Shown piece by piece: positions 60,256 through 64,000 of a DNA stretch of 64,000 nt. This DNA comes from an uncultured Nitrososphaerota archaeon (GTDB lineage Archaea; Thermoproteota; Nitrososphaeria; Nitrososphaerales; Gagatemarchaeaceae). The position numbers and the translations under genes were made by a program. The notes below the pieces were generated by a model. The model searched no databases, was not told the DNA's origin, and was given only the letters and a program-made list of their open reading frames with translations. Where the stretch lies: the NCBI GenBank assembly GCA_963838925.1, contig CAWISW010000003.1, positions 64,001 through 128,000 of the forward strand, in the 5' to 3' direction. Every line of letters begins with the position of its first letter. Position 1 is the stretch's first letter.

Positions 60256-61284
60256 CTATCGCGCCCGCGTCCTGGCGCTCGCCCTCTTCAGTGACGACCT
60301 CATCCGCCCGACGAGCCGGCCGTCGGCTTCCACCCCCGCCCTCCTGAGGAGGAGGACGACCGCCCCGCACGCGGGCGGGAGCCTCGGCTCGACGAACCTA
60401 GCCGACGGGGCCGCTGCGTGCACCTCCGCCTCGAGCGGTCCGAGAACTGGCTTGCCTGCCTTGAACACGCCTCCGTTGAGGGAGACCCCGAAGCGGGCGT
60501 CGAGCATGCCGAGCCTGGCTGCGGCCGACACGACGAGCCCCCCGAGGACCTTGCCCTTCTCGTTGAGTATCTTCGCGGCGACCTCGTCGCCGCGGGCCGC
60601 CGCCTCGCTGACGAGCGCCGACAGGGAGGCGACCTGCGAGACGGTCATGTGGCCCGCGTAGACCCGCGCGATGATCCCCTGAGGCTCCTCGGCCCTGAGC
60701 CTCCGCATGATCAGCCCGAGGAGCATGGTCTTGGGGCCGCGGCCGTCGTAGTCTCTCATCGCCGCGTACATCGCGTCCCTCCCGATGTCGTAGGCGCTCC
60801 CCCGGTCGTCGACGATGTGGCCCCAGCCCCCGACCCTGACGACCTTCCTCCCGCCCTCGCGCTGGGCCGCCGCCACGCACCCCGTCCCCGCGATCAGGGC
60901 GACCCCGGGCTCGTCGATGAAGGCGCCCGCCACGGCGGTCCTCCAGTCGTTCACGACGAGGTCGCTGCGCCTGGCCGCCGCGCCCAGCTTGAGCGACCGG
61001 ATCCCTCTCTTCATGGTCGCGATGTCCTGGGGCGAGTCGAGCCCGGCGAGCCCGAAGCACGCCTCGAGGCCCAGCCTACCCTCCGCCAGCCCCGACTGGG
61101 AGAGCGCCCCCTCGAAGGACCGCCGCAGCGACGCTAGGGCGTTTCGCATCCCCGTGTTGTGGTAGTTTGATCGGCCCCCCGTGCCCACTCCGAGGATGGC
61201 GCCCTTGTGGTCGCAGAGCACGCAGGTCGTCCGAGTCCCGCCGCCGTCGAAGCCGGCGTAGACGCGGGTCCCAGCCGCCTCCAC
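60256..61284 (-). CDS. BadF/BcrAD-family (ASKHA) sugar kinase, N-acetylglucosamine/MurNAc kinase-like
   Basis: GFDGGGTRT, GLAG, VNDW, IAGTG, GGWGHIVDDRGSAY. Confidence 0.9.
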   Translation of the reverse strand: MEAAGTRVYAGFDGGGTRTTCVLCDHKGAILGVGTGGRSNYHNTGMRNALASLRRSFEGALSQSGLAEGRLGLEACFGLAGLDSPQDIATMKRGIRSLKLGAAARRSDLVVNDWRTAVAGAFIDEPGVALIAGTGCVAAAQREGGRKVVRVGGWGHIVDDRGSAYDIGRDAMYAAMRDYDGRGPKTMLLGLIMRRLRAEEPQGIIARVYAGHMTVSQVASLSALVSEAAARGDEVAAKILNEKGKVLGGLVVSAAARLGMLDARFGVSLNGGVFKAGKPVLGPLEAEVHAAAPSARFVEPRLPPACGAVVLLLRRAGVEADGRLVGRMRSSLKRASARTRAR

Positions 61285-61290
61285 GGGCAG

Positions 61291-62697
61291 CTACGCCGCC
61301 TCCACGTACTTCCCGGGGTTCATGATGCCCTCGGGGTCGAAGAGCTTCTTGATCTCCTTCATCAGCCTCAGGGCCTCCTCGCCTTCGTGGGCCTCGAACT
61401 GCTCGCGTAGGAGCCCCGCCTTCTGGGCCCCGACCCCGTGCTCCCCCGTGACCGAGCCCCCGACGCTTATCCCGAAGCGGCAGATCTCCTCGAAGGCCCG
61501 CTTGGCCGCCGCGCGGCTCCCCTTGTCTCCCTCGTCGTAGAGGATGACGGGGTGGACGTTCCCGTCCCCGGCGTGGCCGTTGACCAGGATGAGCAGCCCG
61601 TGCTTAGAGGCGGTCTCCTTCACCATCATCAGGTACTCGCCCAGCCTCTCGATGGGGACGACGATGTCCTCCACCTGCACCGCCTTGCCGAGGCCACGTA
61701 TCGCGAGGTACGCCATCGACCGGATCTGGTAGAAGTCTTCGGCCTCGTCCTCGTCCTTCGCGATGAGGACCTTGCTCGGCTCGCTGCGGCTGAAGATCTC
61801 CATGGCGGCCCCGAGCGACTGCTCTTCGATGTCGACTATCAGAGTGGCCTCCGCCTCCTCGAGGCTCATGCCCATGTTCTTGTTGAGGGCCTGGACGGTC
61901 TCCTTGTCCAAGAACTCGAACATGTGGGGCATTATCCTGGACTCCCGGAGCTCGCAGATGGCGTCGCTCGCGGACGTCCAGTCGTCGAATGTCAGGAGGA
62001 GGCGCTTCGGCCTGGTCTGGGGGAGCGGGATGATCTTGAGGCACGCCTCCGTGACGACTCCGAGGGTCCCCTCGCTCCCCACCATCAGGTGGACGAGGTC
62101 GAACCCGGCCCGGTTCTTCGCGAGCGGCTCCCCGAAGTTGGAGGCCCTGCCGTTGGGGAGGACGACCCGCAGCGCGACGACCCAGTCCTTGACGGTCCCG
62201 TACTTCACGCAGCGGAGCCCCCCGGAGCCCTCCGCGACCGCGCCGCCCACCGTGCAGAGCGAGCTGCTCGCGGGGTCGGGCGGGAAGAAGAACCCGTCCT
62301 TCTGGAGCCGCTTGTTCAGGTCCTCGAGGGTGATGCCGGCCTGAGCCCGCGCGTACCAGTTCACGGTGTCGACCTTCAGCACGGCGTCCATCCTCCGCAT
62401 GTCGAGGATGATCGCGCCCTTGGACACCGACGCCCCCGTGAGGCTGGTGCCCGCGCCTCTGGGCACGATCGGGACCTTCCTCCTGGCGGCGAGCGCGACT
62501 ATCCTCCTCACCTCGTCCTCGTTTCCAGGCCTCACCGCGACGGCCGGCGTGGCGCGGTAGCCCGCCATGTCCTCGGAGTACACCTCCAGCTGCGAGGCCC
62601 CCGAGAGGACGTTCTGCGCGCCGCTTATCCCGGCAAGCTCGGCCGCGAGGCCCGTCCCCGGAGCGGACCGGCTCCTGCTGCTCGCTCTCTTGGGCAA
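61291..62697 (-). CDS. FAD-linked oxidase, GlcD/D-lactate dehydrogenase family
   Basis: PRGAGTSL.G, FPPDPAS, GSEGTLG, HAGDGNVH, TGEHGVG, MNPGK; TTG 62697 after GGGGTGA. Confidence 0.92.
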   Translation of the reverse strand: MPKRASSRSRSAPGTGLAAELAGISGAQNVLSGASQLEVYSEDMAGYRATPAVAVRPGNEDEVRRIVALAARRKVPIVPRGAGTSLTGASVSKGAIILDMRRMDAVLKVDTVNWYARAQAGITLEDLNKRLQKDGFFFPPDPASSSLCTVGGAVAEGSGGLRCVKYGTVKDWVVALRVVLPNGRASNFGEPLAKNRAGFDLVHLMVGSEGTLGVVTEACLKIIPLPQTRPKRLLLTFDDWTSASDAICELRESRIMPHMFEFLDKETVQALNKNMGMSLEEAEATLIVDIEEQSLGAAMEIFSRSEPSKVLIAKDEDEAEDFYQIRSMAYLAIRGLGKAVQVEDIVVPIERLGEYLMMVKETASKHGLLILVNGHAGDGNVHPVILYDEGDKGSRAAAKRAFEEICRFGISVGGSVTGEHGVGAQKAGLLREQFEAHEGEEALRLMKEIKKLFDPEGIMNPGKYVEAA

Positions 62698-62711
62698 GCA
62701 GGTCACCCCGG

Positions 62712-63707
62712 CTACGCGAATATCCCCAGGACGGCGTCGTCGGCCAGGGCTACCGCGTAGCCCGCAATGCCCCGGATGTCCCTGAGTATGAGCGAGAGGC
62801 GGTAGGCGTTCTTCTCCTCGTAGGCCGCGGGAAGCTTGTACCCGCTCTCGTAGAGCTGCCTCACCTGGGGCATCTTCTGGAAGACCGAGTTCGCGGAGAC
62901 GATGTCCTTCGAGAGGAGGGCCTTCAAGGCGAGCCCCTGCATGTCCGCGGTGGTCTTGGACATCCTCTGGACTATGGACACGAAGTTCCTGTCGGGCCTC
63001 TGCGTGAGCGCGGCGACGTGCTGGCCCACCCACATCGCGTAGTAGGCGATGCGCCCGAGCTCCCTCGTGGCGATGGTCATGACTATGACCTGCGAGACGT
63101 CTGAGAGGTTCATCTCATCCCTCAGCTTCCTGCTCTTCGCCGCCTGGAAGGCGAGCCTCATCATGAGCCTGTAGACCTTGGTGCTCTGCGCTCCCCTCGA
63201 GGCGGCGTCCTGGGCGAGGGTGGCGTCTCCGCGGTCGAGGGCGGCCACGGCGTCGCTCAGGACGGCCGTGGACGTGGCGGAGAACCTCCCGATGGTGTCG
63301 AGGAGGCTGAACTTCGCGGGGTCGATGAGGTTGATGAGGTCGACGTGGTCCGCGTAGTCCTCGGAGACCTCCACTCCCATTATCCCCTCGAGCGTCTGGC
63401 GGATCATCTGCTTGTGGTGGGGCTGCATCTTGTTGCTCGAGGAGTAGATTCTCGTCACGTCGTTGCCCTGGATGTACGACGCGGTGATGCCGAGGTCGAG
63501 GAACCTCTGGTCCTTGAGCTGGTCGATGTCGATGGTCCTCGAGTGCCCTGTGTGCTTGGGCGCCGTGGGGGTGATCACGAGGCTCCCCTCGTCCAGCTCG
63601 GTCGAGACGAGGTCTCCCTTCTTCAGCTGGAGCTGCTCGACCCACTCCTTGGGCACCGTAATCATGAAGGTGCCACCCGCCGTTGCCTGAATCTTGCGGA
63701 CTTGCAC
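62712..63707 (-). CDS. AbrB-domain + PhoU-domain archaeal transcriptional regulator
   Basis: VRKIQ.TAGGTFMITVPKEWV..L.KGD (AbrB), ASYIQG, ELGRIAYYA (PhoU-like). Confidence 0.87.
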   Translation of the reverse strand: MQVRKIQATAGGTFMITVPKEWVEQLQLKKGDLVSTELDEGSLVITPTAPKHTGHSRTIDIDQLKDQRFLDLGITASYIQGNDVTRIYSSSNKMQPHHKQMIRQTLEGIMGVEVSEDYADHVDLINLIDPAKFSLLDTIGRFSATSTAVLSDAVAALDRGDATLAQDAASRGAQSTKVYRLMMRLAFQAAKSRKLRDEMNLSDVSQVIVMTIATRELGRIAYYAMWVGQHVAALTQRPDRNFVSIVQRMSKTTADMQGLALKALLSKDIVSANSVFQKMPQVRQLYESGYKLPAAYEEKNAYRLSLILRDIRGIAGYAVALADDAVLGIFA

Positions 63708-63765
63708 ATTACTGCTATTCTCCCCGCAGATTATAAAATTTCTGGAAAAATCGATAGAATACGTG

Positions 63766-63814
63766 TTCTACGAAGAATATCGATACTTCGTAGGTGATGT
63801 ATGTATTCTACGAA
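63766..63814. promoter_or_regulatory. Repeated CTACGAA operator-like sites in a divergent promoter
   Basis: CTACGAAG(63768)-N10-CTTCGTAG(63786) inverted repeat plus TTCTACGAA direct repeat at 63766 and 63806. Confidence 0.65.
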
Positions 63815-63849
63815 AATCCTTAAAGCGCGCCCGGCCCCCGTTTCCCACC

Positions 63850-63972
63850 ATGAGTCAGGAGCTCGACGGCAAGCGCAACGCGCGCGCGCCGCTCAACGAA
63901 GAGGAGTCAGCAGACGTTCGAGCAAAGGCCATGTCCTACGCGCTCGTGAACAGGCACTCGCCACCCTTCTGA
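63850..63972 (+). CDS. Possible 40-aa small protein
   Basis: ATG ~25 nt after TTAAA; followed by GAGAGC-AGC-GCTCTC hairpin. Confidence 0.4.
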   Translation: MSQELDGKRNARAPLNEEESADVRAKAMSYALVNRHSPPF

Positions 63973-64000
63973 GAGCAGCGCTCTCGCGGACGGATTTCGC

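Noticed and set aside
62698-63033. N-terminal extension of the GlcD-like ORF
   Set aside because: It overlaps the PhoU gene out of frame; an SD-like GGGGTGA precedes TTG 62697.

Overview
A GC-rich, gene-dense archaeal chromosome segment. The thermosome, HflX, archaeal FKBP, standalone Lrp/AsnC domain, AbrB-PhoU regulator, TATA boxes ~25-35 nt before starts and a PEF-type sorting tail point to Archaea. A non-ammonia-oxidising Nitrososphaerota/Thermoproteota-type organism is my inference and is not verified. About 66 CDS are supportable. They include: a thermosome and a SET-domain protein; a DUF929 (CPFC) + VKOR pair; a molybdate/tungstate ABC system with ModE and a clear ModE-box palindrome; an ABC-2 exporter operon ending in a frameshifted bactofilin-like beta-helix gene and a wHTH; a large NurA-like nuclease with an HTH-like insertion coupled to HerA without mre11/rad50; a cupredoxin/ABC cluster; three MFS transporters; two AfuABC-like ABC importers; a split CoxLMS-type (non-CODH) molybdo-hydroxylase with MOSC, DUF1330, FAH and GidA-like flavoprotein genes; P-II; a degenerate PQQ beta-propeller; and a PhoU-GlcD-BadF kinase operon. 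I recognised no rRNA, tRNA, CRISPR array or transposase. The most notable observations are the NurA-HTH/HerA pair, DUF929-VKOR as a probable disulfide system matching an even-Cys bias in exported proteins, at least two genes that appear to start at ACG, signal-less (cytoplasmic?) substrate-binding proteins, and a paralogous family of small 4-Cys membrane proteins on AT-richer islets. All calls come from motif reading by eye; no database searches were run.
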